From: Gammaproteobacteria bacterium
GTDB lineage: Bacteria > Pseudomonadota > Gammaproteobacteria > Xanthomonadales > Wenzhouxiangellaceae
Assembly: GCA_021772985.1 (NCBI GenBank)
Contig: JAJFKX010000014.1
Location: forward strand, 78,481-142,480
Length of the DNA stretch: 64,000 bases
Direction of reading: 5' to 3'
The notes beneath the pieces were generated by a model, which did not search any database, was not told where the DNA came from, and was given only the letters and a program-made list of their open reading frames with translations. This document shows positions 35,658 through 45,259 of the stretch, piece after piece; within the stretch, counting starts at the first letter, position 1, and each line of letters starts with the position of its first letter. A program made the position numbers and the translations under genes.

Positions 35658-38038
35658 TTCGGCAGCAACCGTAATCTGTATTTTGTTTCAGCTGCCAGTA
35701 AACCGGTCGCTGCCCCTTCCAACCATGCCTGCTGAGCACTGTCATAATAAGCCGTCATTGGATTGCCCGACTGCCCGCCTGGCGTGTTCAAAATAGCTTG
35801 TTGCTCAAGCCCCGGCCGGACCACAAACCGCTGTACCGGACCATGATCGGGTTGCTGTGATAGTGGCATATACCGGTCACCATTCAATGCTGCTGCCGGC
35901 ATATCGAACAGCCCACCGAATCCCGGCACAAACTCACTCATTAAATGCCGCATGTTCAGTCGGTTGCTGTCACCCCAACTGGCATCGCTCAACGCATCGC
36001 CGGGGCTGAGCTGATCAGTCGCTTCTATCAAGCTGGTTAACAGCAATTGATGCCAGTCATCAAACTCCGATGGCAGCAAATGTGCCGGCTGCTCACTGAC
36101 CAGTTTCCATAATGGCCCTTCCAACTGATCGGTTAACTGCTCCAGTTCAAACTCAGGGTATTTTTGCCGCACAATTTCCACATACGGGGCAAACGCCCGG
36201 TCCAGTAGCTGATCTCGAAAACCACGGATATAGGGATAGGCTTGTGAGTTGTGTGATGCCAACCCACCCCAGTCGGAAACCCGCTGACCTAACTCAGTGA
36301 GTTTGGGGTTATCACTGACACCGGCAACTGTTTGTTGCAGCAATTCTGCCCAACGCTGTAGAAACAATGCGCGATGATCCATCTGAATAGCCAGCATCTG
36401 TGCTTCATCAGCCTGCTCCAAATCAAACAACCGATCGCGGATCTGCTGCGCGCGTGCCCCCAGCACATAATATCCATGGCCAATTTTTTCCAAATCCTCA
36501 CCACCGACAACACGCGCATTGGCGGTCCACAAGCGGCCATTTTCCGGATTATAAATCTGTGGGTACTCCCAACTGAACAGCCACCCTGACCAACCTGCTC
36601 CAGGCTCACTGGAACGCTGTAGGAAGTAACCATTGTCATCAAGCCGACGTGGGATTGCACCGGCAATGGTCCAACCGATATTACCGTCGCGATCACCGAT
36701 GATAATATTTTGCGCCGGAATACCGCTGTCGGCAGCCACATCCATTGCCAACCCGGTGGAGCGGATGGTTTCCAGCTCCAACATACCCAGGTTAACCGCC
36801 CGTGGATACTGGGCCACCCACTGGATGGCGTACAGATCACCGGTTTCCAGCACCTCGTGCACAGGCCCCCAGGGGCTGACCTTGAACTCCAATTCGTAGG
36901 GTTCTTCTCCGTTGATCGCAATGCTTTCGGTCACGGTTTCCAATGGCTGGCGGCCATTGATGCCCTGGTAACTGGTCTGATCTTCATCAACAGCTTCCAG
37001 TAATACAGTGTCGGTCCAGTCACCGGCACTGTTGGTCAAACCCCAGGCAATATGACCGTTACTACCGGCCACCAGAAACGGCAGTCCCGGTAGCGTAATC
37101 CCAGCCAGTCGATTGGGTTGCCCAGTGTCCTGATCAGTCCCGGTCAGCAGTTCCATGCGGTAAAACATGCTGGGCATATAAAAACCCAAGTGCATGTCAT
37201 TGGCAACAATGGCTGCGCCGTTGCTGGTCAGCGTACCGCTCATCGCCCATGAATTGCTGCCGGAAATACTGGCGCGCTCGTGGCTGTCGATATAGCCGGT
37301 AGCCTGCCTGTCCCGCAGCGAAAATACATCTGCGCCCGGTATCGGTGGTTCGTCCACGGCCGGGCCATTGATCGGCGCATCCCATTGCCGGGTGCCGCCG
37401 GCATCTAGGAACGCCGCAACCGGCTCGGGCAAACTGTCATACAATGCGTGCCGGGCATATTCGTGATCGCCATTGCTGTCCTGCAACAGTACGAACATAT
37501 ATAAGATCACCAGCAGTGAATCAGCGGCTTCCCAGGGCCTGGGTTCCACGCCGGTGATGGTGTATTCCAAGGGTGCTTTATCCAGCGTAGCCAGACCCGC
37601 GTTTGCGCCATCCACATAAGCAGACAATATCTGCCTGTGCGTATCTGGCAGTGCCAATAACGCCTGCTCTGCAGTACGACGCAATTGATGTCGGCGAATA
37701 TTTTCGTCCAGCGGCAACACGTTACTGCCAAATAGCTCAGCCAGTTCACCAGCGCCGATCCGGCGGCCAAGATCCATCTGATAGAAGCGTTCCTGGGCAT
37801 GCAGAAAACCCGTTGCAAAGGCTGCATCCAGCCGGTTGGATGAAGTAACCCGGGGTACACCCGCTGCATCACGCTCAATCTGAACCGGCGCCTGCAAACC
37901 GCTGAATTGCAATTCACCTTCCAGGGTCGGTTTGCTGGATTGCAGAACGTAAAACGCCCAGCCAACAACGACAATTGCCAGCACGATGACAATCATTGCC
38001 AGCCATTTCAAAATCCGTAAAAAACGACGCATGGCCAC
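35654..38038 (-). CDS. PvdQ/QuiP-like penicillin-acylase-family Ntn hydrolase, membrane-anchored or periplasmic
   Basis: N-terminal TM (LAMIVIVLAIVVVGWAFYVL), nucleophile motif SGSNSWAMSG, 794 aa. Confidence 0.85.
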   Translation of the reverse strand: MAMRRFLRILKWLAMIVIVLAIVVVGWAFYVLQSSKPTLEGELQFSGLQAPVQIERDAAGVPRVTSSNRLDAAFATGFLHAQERFYQMDLGRRIGAGELAELFGSNVLPLDENIRRHQLRRTAEQALLALPDTHRQILSAYVDGANAGLATLDKAPLEYTITGVEPRPWEAADSLLVILYMFVLLQDSNGDHEYARHALYDSLPEPVAAFLDAGGTRQWDAPINGPAVDEPPIPGADVFSLRDRQATGYIDSHERASISGSNSWAMSGTLTSNGAAIVANDMHLGFYMPSMFYRMELLTGTDQDTGQPNRLAGITLPGLPFLVAGSNGHIAWGLTNSAGDWTDTVLLEAVDEDQTSYQGINGRQPLETVTESIAINGEEPYELEFKVSPWGPVHEVLETGDLYAIQWVAQYPRAVNLGMLELETIRSTGLAMDVAADSGIPAQNIIIGDRDGNIGWTIAGAIPRRLDDNGYFLQRSSEPGAGWSGWLFSWEYPQIYNPENGRLWTANARVVGGEDLEKIGHGYYVLGARAQQIRDRLFDLEQADEAQMLAIQMDHRALFLQRWAELLQQTVAGVSDNPKLTELGQRVSDWGGLASHNSQAYPYIRGFRDQLLDRAFAPYVEIVRQKYPEFELEQLTDQLEGPLWKLVSEQPAHLLPSEFDDWHQLLLTSLIEATDQLSPGDALSDASWGDSNRLNMRHLMSEFVPGFGGLFDMPAAALNGDRYMPLSQQPDHGPVQRFVVRPGLEQQAILNTPGGQSGNPMTAYYDSAQQAWLEGAATGLLAAETKYRLRLLPK

Positions 38039-38198
38039 TCCTTTGGTTGCACGCTATCTGATCGAGCTTACACCAGCTGCAAAGCCCCGCACAAGCAACG
38101 TCATGCATTGCTGCAAACATCTGATCTGATTGTTTTTTAATATTCGCCGGAGAACCAAAACCAATGTCTGTGAAATGGTTGTATTTTAAATAACCCTA

Positions 38199-38630
38199 TT
38201 GTACCATGGGTCGCAATGGGTCATATGGAACAAGATTCTCGTGGAAATAGTCATTGATATCGACGACACAGTGCCTCCGTTTGCACAATTAATTGCACAA
38301 ATAAAAAATGCGGTACTCAATGATGCTTTACATCCAGGGGATGCCCTGCCTTCGATTCGGCAACTGGCAGGTGACCTTGAACTTAACCATAAAACAGTCG
38401 CAAAAGCCTATCGGTTTTTAGAACGTGACTCGGTGATTCAAACCAAAGGCTATCGCGGCACGTTTATTCACCCACAAGCCAGGGCAAACAGCGCGGTTGA
38501 TCTGAACGCGTGGGTAATGACCAAATTAAATAAAACAATAGCGACATTCAGAGATGCAGGCGTGACGGATTCAGAAATCCGGATTGCGTTCGGCAATGTC
38601 ATGAATAATCGCAGCAACACAGGAGCCTGA
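38199..38630 (+). CDS. GntR-family (YtrA-like, short) transcriptional regulator; the likely real start is GTG 38241
   Basis: FAQLIAQIKNAVLNDALHPGDALPSIRQLAGDLELNHKTVAKAYRFLE winged-HTH. The TTG at 38199 gives an implausible N-terminal extension. Confidence 0.8.
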   Translation: MYHGSQWVIWNKILVEIVIDIDDTVPPFAQLIAQIKNAVLNDALHPGDALPSIRQLAGDLELNHKTVAKAYRFLERDSVIQTKGYRGTFIHPQARANSAVDLNAWVMTKLNKTIATFRDAGVTDSEIRIAFGNVMNNRSNTGA

Positions 38631-38632
38631 AC

Positions 38633-39499
38633 ATGGAGACATGGGCAAACAACCTTTTTTACATTATCTTCCTGGGCCAGATTTTTCTGACTTCCTATTA
38701 TTTCCCGGAAAAAATACTCGCCAGAATGCGCTATGTGCTGGCAACCTACCCACCATCAACGCACCCACGGCTCTATCCAAAGCCAGCTGAGTACTACAAA
38801 ACAGGACAAGCAACATTCAGACTTGCCAACCGAATCATTCTGGTGCTTGGCCTGGTGATCCTGTTTGCGATTGTATTCGTGGTCGATCACAGTAGCTTCG
38901 CAGATGATGGATATATCTCGGAAGCCTGGCCGGTGGTTTACGGCATGATCCAGTTTCTGCCGTTGGTGTACCTGGAATTTTCAGAGTTCAACCAGTTCAA
39001 ATTGATGCGCCAAACAAATTCAGCTACCAGCCGAAAGGCGGAATTGCGCCCTCGACGCCTGTTTGATTTTATCTCACCAAGTCTGTTTGGCCTGGCTGTG
39101 ATCCTGTACCTGACTGCTGTGGGTTTGGACCTTTATTTACACCAGTTTGTGATGAACTGGGGCCAGAATTTATGGTTGACGGGTGGTATGTTGTTCTTTG
39201 CAGTCATCGGTGGCATCAAAGTGTATGGCCGGAAATCAAACCCACACCAATCCAATCTGGATCGAGCCAGGGAAACAACTGCTGCATTGCTCTCACTGAC
39301 TTACCTCAGTATTACGATCAGCATTTTCTATATGTTCCTGTCAGTCGACAACGTATACAACCTGGATTATCTTGATGCTATTTTAATGAGCGTATATTTT
39401 CAGGCGATTGTATTGTTATCCATCGGTCAATTGCTTCGAAACCTGAAACTCAAAGATATCAATTTTGATGTTTACAAAGACGACGCAGTTGCTGCTTAG
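38633..39499 (+). CDS. Polytopic membrane protein of unknown function, paired with the GntR regulator
   Basis: 288 aa with about 7 hydrophobic segments. Starts 2 nt after the GntR stop. Confidence 0.6.
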   Translation: METWANNLFYIIFLGQIFLTSYYFPEKILARMRYVLATYPPSTHPRLYPKPAEYYKTGQATFRLANRIILVLGLVILFAIVFVVDHSSFADDGYISEAWPVVYGMIQFLPLVYLEFSEFNQFKLMRQTNSATSRKAELRPRRLFDFISPSLFGLAVILYLTAVGLDLYLHQFVMNWGQNLWLTGGMLFFAVIGGIKVYGRKSNPHQSNLDRARETTAALLSLTYLSITISIFYMFLSVDNVYNLDYLDAILMSVYFQAIVLLSIGQLLRNLKLKDINFDVYKDDAVAA

Positions 39500-39570
39500 G
39501 AAAACGCTGAATTAATCTGATTGGGCAGTCATTCTTGATGTACAACCCGGCGCAGGAATATAGGCTGGCT

Positions 39571-41298
39571 TTAAGCCAGCCTGAGGCGCTCACGAATTTC
39601 AGATAAGATTTCTTTGTAATTAATTTCATACACATGCCCGTCATATGAAGACGCCAGAAACTTCCGAACCCCTGAATCAAAACACAAGCAGGAAATACCC
39701 GATGTTGTTGGCCTGAGCACCATTTTCCACTCTCCTGAGTTGGTATTGTAGAGAGCTATTCTTCCATCATAGGCTCCGGTCGCCAGAATCGGCGTATTGA
39801 GTGCGGAAGCGACGCATTTTATAGAATGGGTATGCGGAGTCTGGATGACGCTTGCGTTAAAGCCTGCCCCCCACACTCTTAATGTCCGATCTCGACTGAC
39901 GCTGGCAAATCTGCCGTCATGAAGCGTGGCGGCGCCGTTGGCAATCAGCCCATGGGCTTTGGGTATCTGCCTCAGCAAAGTGAAATCCTGCAAGCGATGA
40001 AAAGCGCCCGCACCGGTTGCACAAACGGAAAACAATACCTTGTCATTGACCGCCAATCCTTTTATGGCATTGTCGTGAATTTGCACCTCTTTCACAAAAA
40101 GCAGCCGGTCTGACTCATAACGAAACAATAACCCTTCCCCGGTGTAAGTGCCGATAATAATCTGTGTTTTTCCATCACGGCAGAATTTTACGCCGCAATT
40201 TAACGGGGACCGGTGTCGATAGAGCACTTCACCTGTCAACGCGTTGAATAGCTCGCCACTTTGACCACCTGTAATCAATAAATCCGTGGTTTCCAACAAA
40301 AAATTGCACAGGCTTCCCATCTGCGCTAGCTCTTTACCTTCCACCAGCACCGAACCGGAATCTCCCACCATATAACGCCGCCCCCGGAATGTGGATACCG
40401 CGTTCAACCCATGGGTGGGTTCCCAATTTGAAAAGTTCCACGCTCTGGTTTGCCGGTTATACTCGCACCAGGTAGAGCCAAAGGTTCCAAAAACAATACG
40501 CTGTTCATTAACTATGGCAATGGATCGCAACCAGACTTCGTTCGGGCATTTCACCACCTCTACTTCTTTCAGTTCCCGGGTGTTAAGCCAATGCCATACT
40601 TTTATGTTGCAGTCGTAACTACTGCTGATTATTATTCCTGCTTTACTGCTGCAAACCATGGATTTGATGCCTGCCTGGTGCGCAGCCACGGCATGGATGA
40701 CTTTTCCGTGTTTGATGACAATAACTTTACCATCATCATTGCCGGCAAATACCGTGTCTCCAAGCATGCAGATTGTGTCGGTTTCCACTCCGTCAAAGGT
40801 AAATGTTCGAAGCAGCCTGCCGGTATCAATATCCCACACCCGAACCGTTCCATCGTCACCCGACGAATGCAGCTGTCTAAGTTCCATATTGAATTCCACA
40901 CACGTCACATCCGAGGTATGCCCCTCAAAAGTATGCAGCAGTGATCCATCAATTGAAAAAAGCCGCACCTGATGGTCTCGACAAGCAGTCGCAACATATC
41001 TTGATTGCTGATCCATCACCGCCATTTCCACATCGTCCAGATGGTGACAGTAGATGGTGACCAAACGCATCTCCGGGACTTTCCACAACCTGGCCAAATG
41101 ATCGCTGCCACAACTCAGCAGATATTGACCACAGCTGCTGAATCGTACCTTGTTGACCAAATGCTCATGGTAGCCGCGATACAGACTTTTGCGTGTCTGC
41201 ATATCCCACAGAATCACCTGATTGTCATACCCCGCAGTAGCAACCCATTGATTCTCCCAGGTATCGATCCCACTGATGGGTGAGGCATGCTTAATCAT
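39571..41298 (-). CDS. Stand-alone WD40 beta-propeller protein (~575 aa, probably a double propeller)
   Basis: Repeated WD signatures (NQVILWD, HLARLWK, GTVRVWD, CNIKVWH, RTLRVWG) and GH-type dipeptides (EGHTSDV). ATG 41298 is preferred over the track's TTG 41376. No signal peptide and no other domain seen. Confidence 0.8.
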   Translation of the reverse strand: MIKHASPISGIDTWENQWVATAGYDNQVILWDMQTRKSLYRGYHEHLVNKVRFSSCGQYLLSCGSDHLARLWKVPEMRLVTIYCHHLDDVEMAVMDQQSRYVATACRDHQVRLFSIDGSLLHTFEGHTSDVTCVEFNMELRQLHSSGDDGTVRVWDIDTGRLLRTFTFDGVETDTICMLGDTVFAGNDDGKVIVIKHGKVIHAVAAHQAGIKSMVCSSKAGIIISSSYDCNIKVWHWLNTRELKEVEVVKCPNEVWLRSIAIVNEQRIVFGTFGSTWCEYNRQTRAWNFSNWEPTHGLNAVSTFRGRRYMVGDSGSVLVEGKELAQMGSLCNFLLETTDLLITGGQSGELFNALTGEVLYRHRSPLNCGVKFCRDGKTQIIIGTYTGEGLLFRYESDRLLFVKEVQIHDNAIKGLAVNDKVLFSVCATGAGAFHRLQDFTLLRQIPKAHGLIANGAATLHDGRFASVSRDRTLRVWGAGFNASVIQTPHTHSIKCVASALNTPILATGAYDGRIALYNTNSGEWKMVLRPTTSGISCLCFDSGVRKFLASSYDGHVYEINYKEILSEIRERLRLA

Positions 41299-41631
41299 GG
41301 CGTAGTATGAGGTAAGGCAATTCGATATAGTGCGGAAATGATACTTCGCAAAAACTCTGGGAAAGCTTGGTCCCAAGTTGAATATTTTGCTGCAAATCCT
41401 TATTCACAATAAATCTTATCAGTCCCTGATGTTATTGGGCAGAACATAAACAGCAATGCAATCCTTGATCCTGTCTATTAGCAAACTACTCTTCAAGCGT
41501 GGCTCGCATATTCCAAACCATACCACTGCCAAATTATGTTCCTTTCCTAAGAGGTTATCACGCGTTCAATAGATGTTAAAGCCGGTAATAATATTTAACC
41601 AGGAACGCAGTACGCTCCTGTTATCCAGATA

Positions 41632-41646
41632 ATACCGTCACGGTAT
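41632..41646. promoter_or_regulatory. Perfect 7-1-7 palindrome; candidate operator in the divergent intergenic region
   Basis: ATACCGT-C-ACGGTAT at 41632-41646, between the WD40 gene start (41298) and the small-peptide promoter. Confidence 0.25.
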
Positions 41647-41888
41647 CTCTTACCGCATTCAGCAATTAATCTGACTGAGAATATACCCATTAATTTAACC
41701 ACCTTAAAATACATCAGCAAAGCTGACTTAAATTTCATTTTTTCATTCAAAGCAATGGCTATATTTTGATCAAGCATGGAGCAACAATTTTCTTTTTATC
41801 AACAATGATTATTTATATACATTCTTAAAATAAATGTTAACTATTTTACTTATTAAGCATCATCAGAAATATATGACTACTGCATTGC

Positions 41889-41917
41889 TTGACATGCTAC
41901 CGGCTAGTTTATAAGAT
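41889..41917 (+). promoter_or_regulatory. Sigma-70-like promoter upstream of the tandem small ORFs
   Basis: Consensus -35 TTGACA at 41889-41894. TATAAG / TAAGAT follow at 15-17 nt spacing. About 100 nt upstream of ATG 42015, in a very AT-rich region. Confidence 0.35.
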
Positions 41918-42014
41918 CAGGTGGGGTTCAAGTGTCAATTTTTCTCAGCCCGGTTAAGGTTGATTTAAAAGCTATTTCATTTGAACAAATTTGACTACAA
42001 CGCAGGAGCGAAAC

Positions 42015-42203
42015 ATGAGACAGGAATACATACTCACACCAGAACAAATGGAAATGACCAGAGAGGAACTGGCAAAAGACGTGAAAATGCGAATTGCCCT
42101 TCAACTATTGCAAGAATTAGACACTGATATTGATGTCGAATGGATTAGGCAAGATAACAATCCGGACAGTGGTGTAAGGCGTATCGTTCAAGTTGAAGGC
42201 TAG
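42015..42203 (+). CDS. 62-aa acidic small protein/peptide, paralogue 1
   Basis: MRQEYILTPEQMEMTREELAKDVKMRIALQLLQELDTDIDVEWIRQDNNPDSGVRRIVQVEG. AGGAG SD lies 6 nt before ATG 42015; the track's TTG 41991 start is unlikely. Confidence 0.6.
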   Translation: MRQEYILTPEQMEMTREELAKDVKMRIALQLLQELDTDIDVEWIRQDNNPDSGVRRIVQVEG

Positions 42204-42253
42204 CTTATAAGCTTTTCACCTGAACAAGTTTGACAACAGCGCAGGAGCGAAAT

Positions 42254-42442
42254 ATGAAACAGAAATGCGGTCTTACACCAGAACAAATGGAAATGACCAG
42301 AGAGGAACTGGTAAAGGACGTTAAATTGCAGATGGCTCTTCAAATTTTGAAAGAACTGGACAGTGATATTGAAGTTGAGTGGGTCAAACAGTCCGACCAT
42401 CTGGTTAGTGGCGATAGACGCATCATCCAAATTGTTGGCTAG
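42254..42442 (+). CDS. 62-aa acidic small protein/peptide, paralogue 2
   Basis: MKQKCGLTPEQMEMTREELVKDVKLQMALQILKELDSDIEVEWVKQSDHLVSGDRRIIQIVG, with the same SD spacing. About two-thirds identical to paralogue 1. Confidence 0.6.
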   Translation: MKQKCGLTPEQMEMTREELVKDVKLQMALQILKELDSDIEVEWVKQSDHLVSGDRRIIQIVG

Positions 42443-42760
42443 CATTATTTTTCTCTAATTTATTGGTTAGAAAGGTTCTGTCAGAGTAACTTTATTGCTT
42501 GTTGCTGTATCAGTGGTTTTATTCCGATTTCTGAAAATTGGCATTGGCCGGTGCATAAGGGCTTAATATTAAACTGGTTATTAAATGTTAATGAGCATTT
42601 TTACCGGACTGTATTAAAGGGTTCTTATTCGTTATCCAGCACACCTGGAAGCAAACTCAACGTGAGCCTGCTCGCTCCATCTGGGTTTATTGGTTCTGTT
42701 GAACCGATCCCAATAATTTCGCCTGCGCGATTAGTTAAACCAAACCTTGAATAGAATTTT

Positions 42761-44611
42761 GTGAAAATCCAAAACCGCCTGCTCAGGATCGAATACCATG
42801 CTCAACATCAGGTGCTGATTGCATCTGATGTAAAAGGCAGAGTGCATAAATTTGATCAACAACTTAACCTGGTTCAATCATCGCCGGTTACTTCTTACGC
42901 GCATCCGGTAAATTCCATCTGCCTGACTGAAAAATATATATTTACCAAAGACCGCTTTGGGAATATCGGCAAATGGGGAATGGAGTCGCTGGAACCTCTG
43001 GACTTTTTTGACGGCAGGCATATTTGTGACAAGAGCAAATTATTCCCGGAGGAAAAACCTTCCTTAAGCCCCAACCGTGGCATCAGGGTATTTAACGGTA
43101 AGTTATTTACCAGCAACGCTTATAACCAGTTTGTTGTGCTGGATGAAGAAACCTTCGAAGTACTTGATATCCGTGACTCCCCCTCAAAAACATTCATTGA
43201 TTGTATCTGCACCGAACACCCGGATGTTCATGCAATGACGGACGTTAACGGCAAAATATTTATCGGCAATATTGAAACCAATGAGTGGCCGGTGGAACAA
43301 GTGGTGGATACCATGGTGGTGCATGGCATTGCCTACGACAAACGACACGATCGGTTCTGGACCACCCAGGACGGCGGCATTGGCGATGACCGGTTTGTAC
43401 GAACCGGCGTAACCGTTATTGAAAAAGATGGCAGCGGGTTTAAAGAGTTCAAAGTTTCAACTGAAGACAATGAATTTATTGCCTTTAGCCCTGATCACCG
43501 CACACTGTTTGTCGGCGGGTTTAATGGCACTATCAGCGTATTCGACAATACCGATAAACAATTCCGCCTCAAGAAAGTGCTTGGCCCGATGGGGTTTCAG
43601 ATCATTCACGGTGCAGTGGTGGATGAGGACCAGCTCTATGTGCTTTTACAAACCGGCGATGTGATCAGACTCAACGGTGATGGTGAGGAAGTGTGCCGGG
43701 CAGAACACAGCAATCTTTGTGTGTGGACGATGGAACCCCACCCCAAAGATGACAGCCTGCTTTACCTTGGTACCGATCAGGGCGTCAGTCTGATCAAATA
43801 CGGCAATGGTGAGTACGGTTCGATACAAATTGACCAAATCGCAAAACATGTTCACGGGTTTGGTGTAACCAAAGACGTGAAACCACTCCCGGATGGCTCC
43901 TACGTTTGTATTTCACGAAATGGCAATGTCATCAAGGCTGACGAACAAGGCTCCATTCAATGGTTCCGGCAGGTACTGGGAATACCACGCGGCATAGCCT
44001 TAAACAGAGATTATGATCGCTGCCTGGTTTCCACCGACGCAGGCACAGTTTGGGAACTGGATCTTGATGATGGCTGCGTGATCGATCAAATTGAAGTTGG
44101 TGCTCCCTCTTACGGCTGTATCTATACAGACGACGGGCAACGGGTCGTATCTGTAGACAAGCACTCACAAATTCGATTTTATCCGGCTGATTCCCAGCAA
44201 ATGCTGGGTGCAATAAAAGATTTTTCATACCGGATAAAACGAATGATCCGAGCGAGTAACGGTGGTATTTTTGTTACCGGCCCGGATGGCGTTTTTGAAC
44301 TGGATGTTGAAAATATGGCCATCAAGAAACAGTTTGGTGAACACCTGGTCAGCACTAAGGAAAATATGGTGCTAATTAACGGCTATGTTTATGCAGGTGG
44401 TTACGGCTACCAGATCGGTTCATACCGATACGAAACCGGACAAACTGTAGACCTGAAAGAAACCGAGCCCGACTTTACCAAGGCATTCGCCGCACGCCAG
44501 CAAAAAGATCAGCTGCCGATATTACTGGTAGGTGGACGTGGTGGCTTTATCAATGCTTACAAAATTATTGCCGGAATACCCAGCAAGGTTCGCGAGTTCT
44601 ATATAAGTTAA
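42761..44611 (+). CDS. 616-aa beta-propeller-like protein (WD40-like/YVTN-like repeats, divergent)
   Basis: Long ORF with a recurring ~40-45 aa beta-strand periodicity (..DGS..V..D.G.I...D..). GTG start without a clear SD. No signal peptide. Confidence 0.65.
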   Translation: MKIQNRLLRIEYHAQHQVLIASDVKGRVHKFDQQLNLVQSSPVTSYAHPVNSICLTEKYIFTKDRFGNIGKWGMESLEPLDFFDGRHICDKSKLFPEEKPSLSPNRGIRVFNGKLFTSNAYNQFVVLDEETFEVLDIRDSPSKTFIDCICTEHPDVHAMTDVNGKIFIGNIETNEWPVEQVVDTMVVHGIAYDKRHDRFWTTQDGGIGDDRFVRTGVTVIEKDGSGFKEFKVSTEDNEFIAFSPDHRTLFVGGFNGTISVFDNTDKQFRLKKVLGPMGFQIIHGAVVDEDQLYVLLQTGDVIRLNGDGEEVCRAEHSNLCVWTMEPHPKDDSLLYLGTDQGVSLIKYGNGEYGSIQIDQIAKHVHGFGVTKDVKPLPDGSYVCISRNGNVIKADEQGSIQWFRQVLGIPRGIALNRDYDRCLVSTDAGTVWELDLDDGCVIDQIEVGAPSYGCIYTDDGQRVVSVDKHSQIRFYPADSQQMLGAIKDFSYRIKRMIRASNGGIFVTGPDGVFELDVENMAIKKQFGEHLVSTKENMVLINGYVYAGGYGYQIGSYRYETGQTVDLKETEPDFTKAFAARQQKDQLPILLVGGRGGFINAYKIIAGIPSKVREFYIS

Positions 44612-44632
44612 GTTGCAAGGGAGTTTGCGTCG

Positions 44633-45259
44633 ATGAAGGTAACGCCGGAAGAGTATATCGCTGTGCTGCAGAATGCTTTTAATAAGCACTACCACGAAGG
44701 CAGTGATGTATGGAGCGACGATCCGGAAATGCGCGTGGTTCCATCGCTTATTCAAGGCCAACTCAAGTTACCAGCAACAACAATCGCACTGGATATAGGC
44801 TGCGGTATTGGCTGGGATACCGATTATTTCTCCAGGATTTACCAACAAGCGACAGGCATAGACCTGTATCAGCATGAAAACTGGGTAACACTTCAGAAAA
44901 AAAGATTAAATGTCGCTTTTTACCAAACCGGTTACTTTGAATTTGACCCTGGGCAATCTTTTGACCTGATTCTGGACAACGGTTGTTTTCATCATCAGCA
45001 TCCAGAACATTACCAAGCCTACCTGGACAAGGTAACAACCATGCTGGCCGCTGGAGGCTGGTATGCCATCTCAACCTTCAAAAACGATACAAAAACAAAA
45101 TACTGGGATCCAAATGGGAGGCTGCACCGTTATTTTACGGATGTTGAATTCAGTGAAACACTCGAACAGGCCAACCTAAAGGTTCATCATGAAATCGATA
45201 TCTATCGAGCAGTACATCAGGATTACTATCGTTTAAGCCTATGTCAGCCATTTGCATGA
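44633..45259 (+). CDS. Class I SAM-dependent methyltransferase
   Basis: Motif I ALDIGCGIGWD; post-motif FDLILDNGCFHH. AGGGAG SD. Starts 21 nt after the propeller gene. Confidence 0.8.
   Translation: MKVTPEEYIAVLQNAFNKHYHEGSDVWSDDPEMRVVPSLIQGQLKLPATTIALDIGCGIGWDTDYFSRIYQQATGIDLYQHENWVTLQKKRLNVAFYQTGYFEFDPGQSFDLILDNGCFHHQHPEHYQAYLDKVTTMLAAGGWYAISTFKNDTKTKYWDPNGRLHRYFTDVEFSETLEQANLKVHHEIDIYRAVHQDYYRLSLCQPFA

Larger units (their letters stand above)
41971..42443 (+). repeat. Tandem ~239-bp duplication, each copy carrying an SD plus a 62-codon ORF
   Basis: Copy 1 is 41971-42204 and copy 2 is 42211-42443. They share the upstream element TTTCA(TT/CC)TGAACAA(A/G)TTTGAC, identical GCAGGAGCGAAA(C/T)ATG, a 37-nt identical block ACACCAGAACAAATGGAAATGACCAGAGAGGAACTGG, and the ending GGCTAGC. 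Confidence 0.85.

Noticed and set aside
38039-38198. Search for att-like direct repeats between the left border (38039-38198) and right border (53448-53584) of the AT-richer block
   Set aside because: Only short AT-rich matches (TTTAAATAA, TCTGAT) were found, which are compatible with chance. No integrase or tRNA is present.
41376-41376. Long TTG/GTG-initiated N-terminal extensions in the track (21998, 38199, 41376, 41991, 42230, 52763, 53073, 55438)
   Set aside because: In each case a downstream ATG/GTG gives a protein that starts at the expected domain boundary. An SD (42015, 42254, 52796), a signal or lipobox (22118) or an overlap-coupled start (53142) adds support in several of them. The extensions look non-native.
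41921-41937. GGGGTTCAAGTGTC, resembling a tRNA T-arm
   Set aside because: No acceptor or anticodon stems can be built around it. It lies in an AT-rich promoter region.
42015-42442. Idea that the tandem peptides are double-glycine-leader bacteriocin precursors
   Set aside because: No GG/GA cleavage motif followed by a core peptide, since the ORFs end at VEG/IVG. No C39-peptidase ABC exporter is adjacent.
42551-42754. 67-aa GTG-initiated ORF in the same frame as the 616-aa propeller gene, separated from it by a single TAG (42752-42754). It could be a pseudogenised N-terminal extension or a read-through product
   Set aside because: The sequence has no propeller-like or other recognisable character, and same-frame placement happens by chance one time in three. 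Worth a glance only if homologues have a longer N-terminus.
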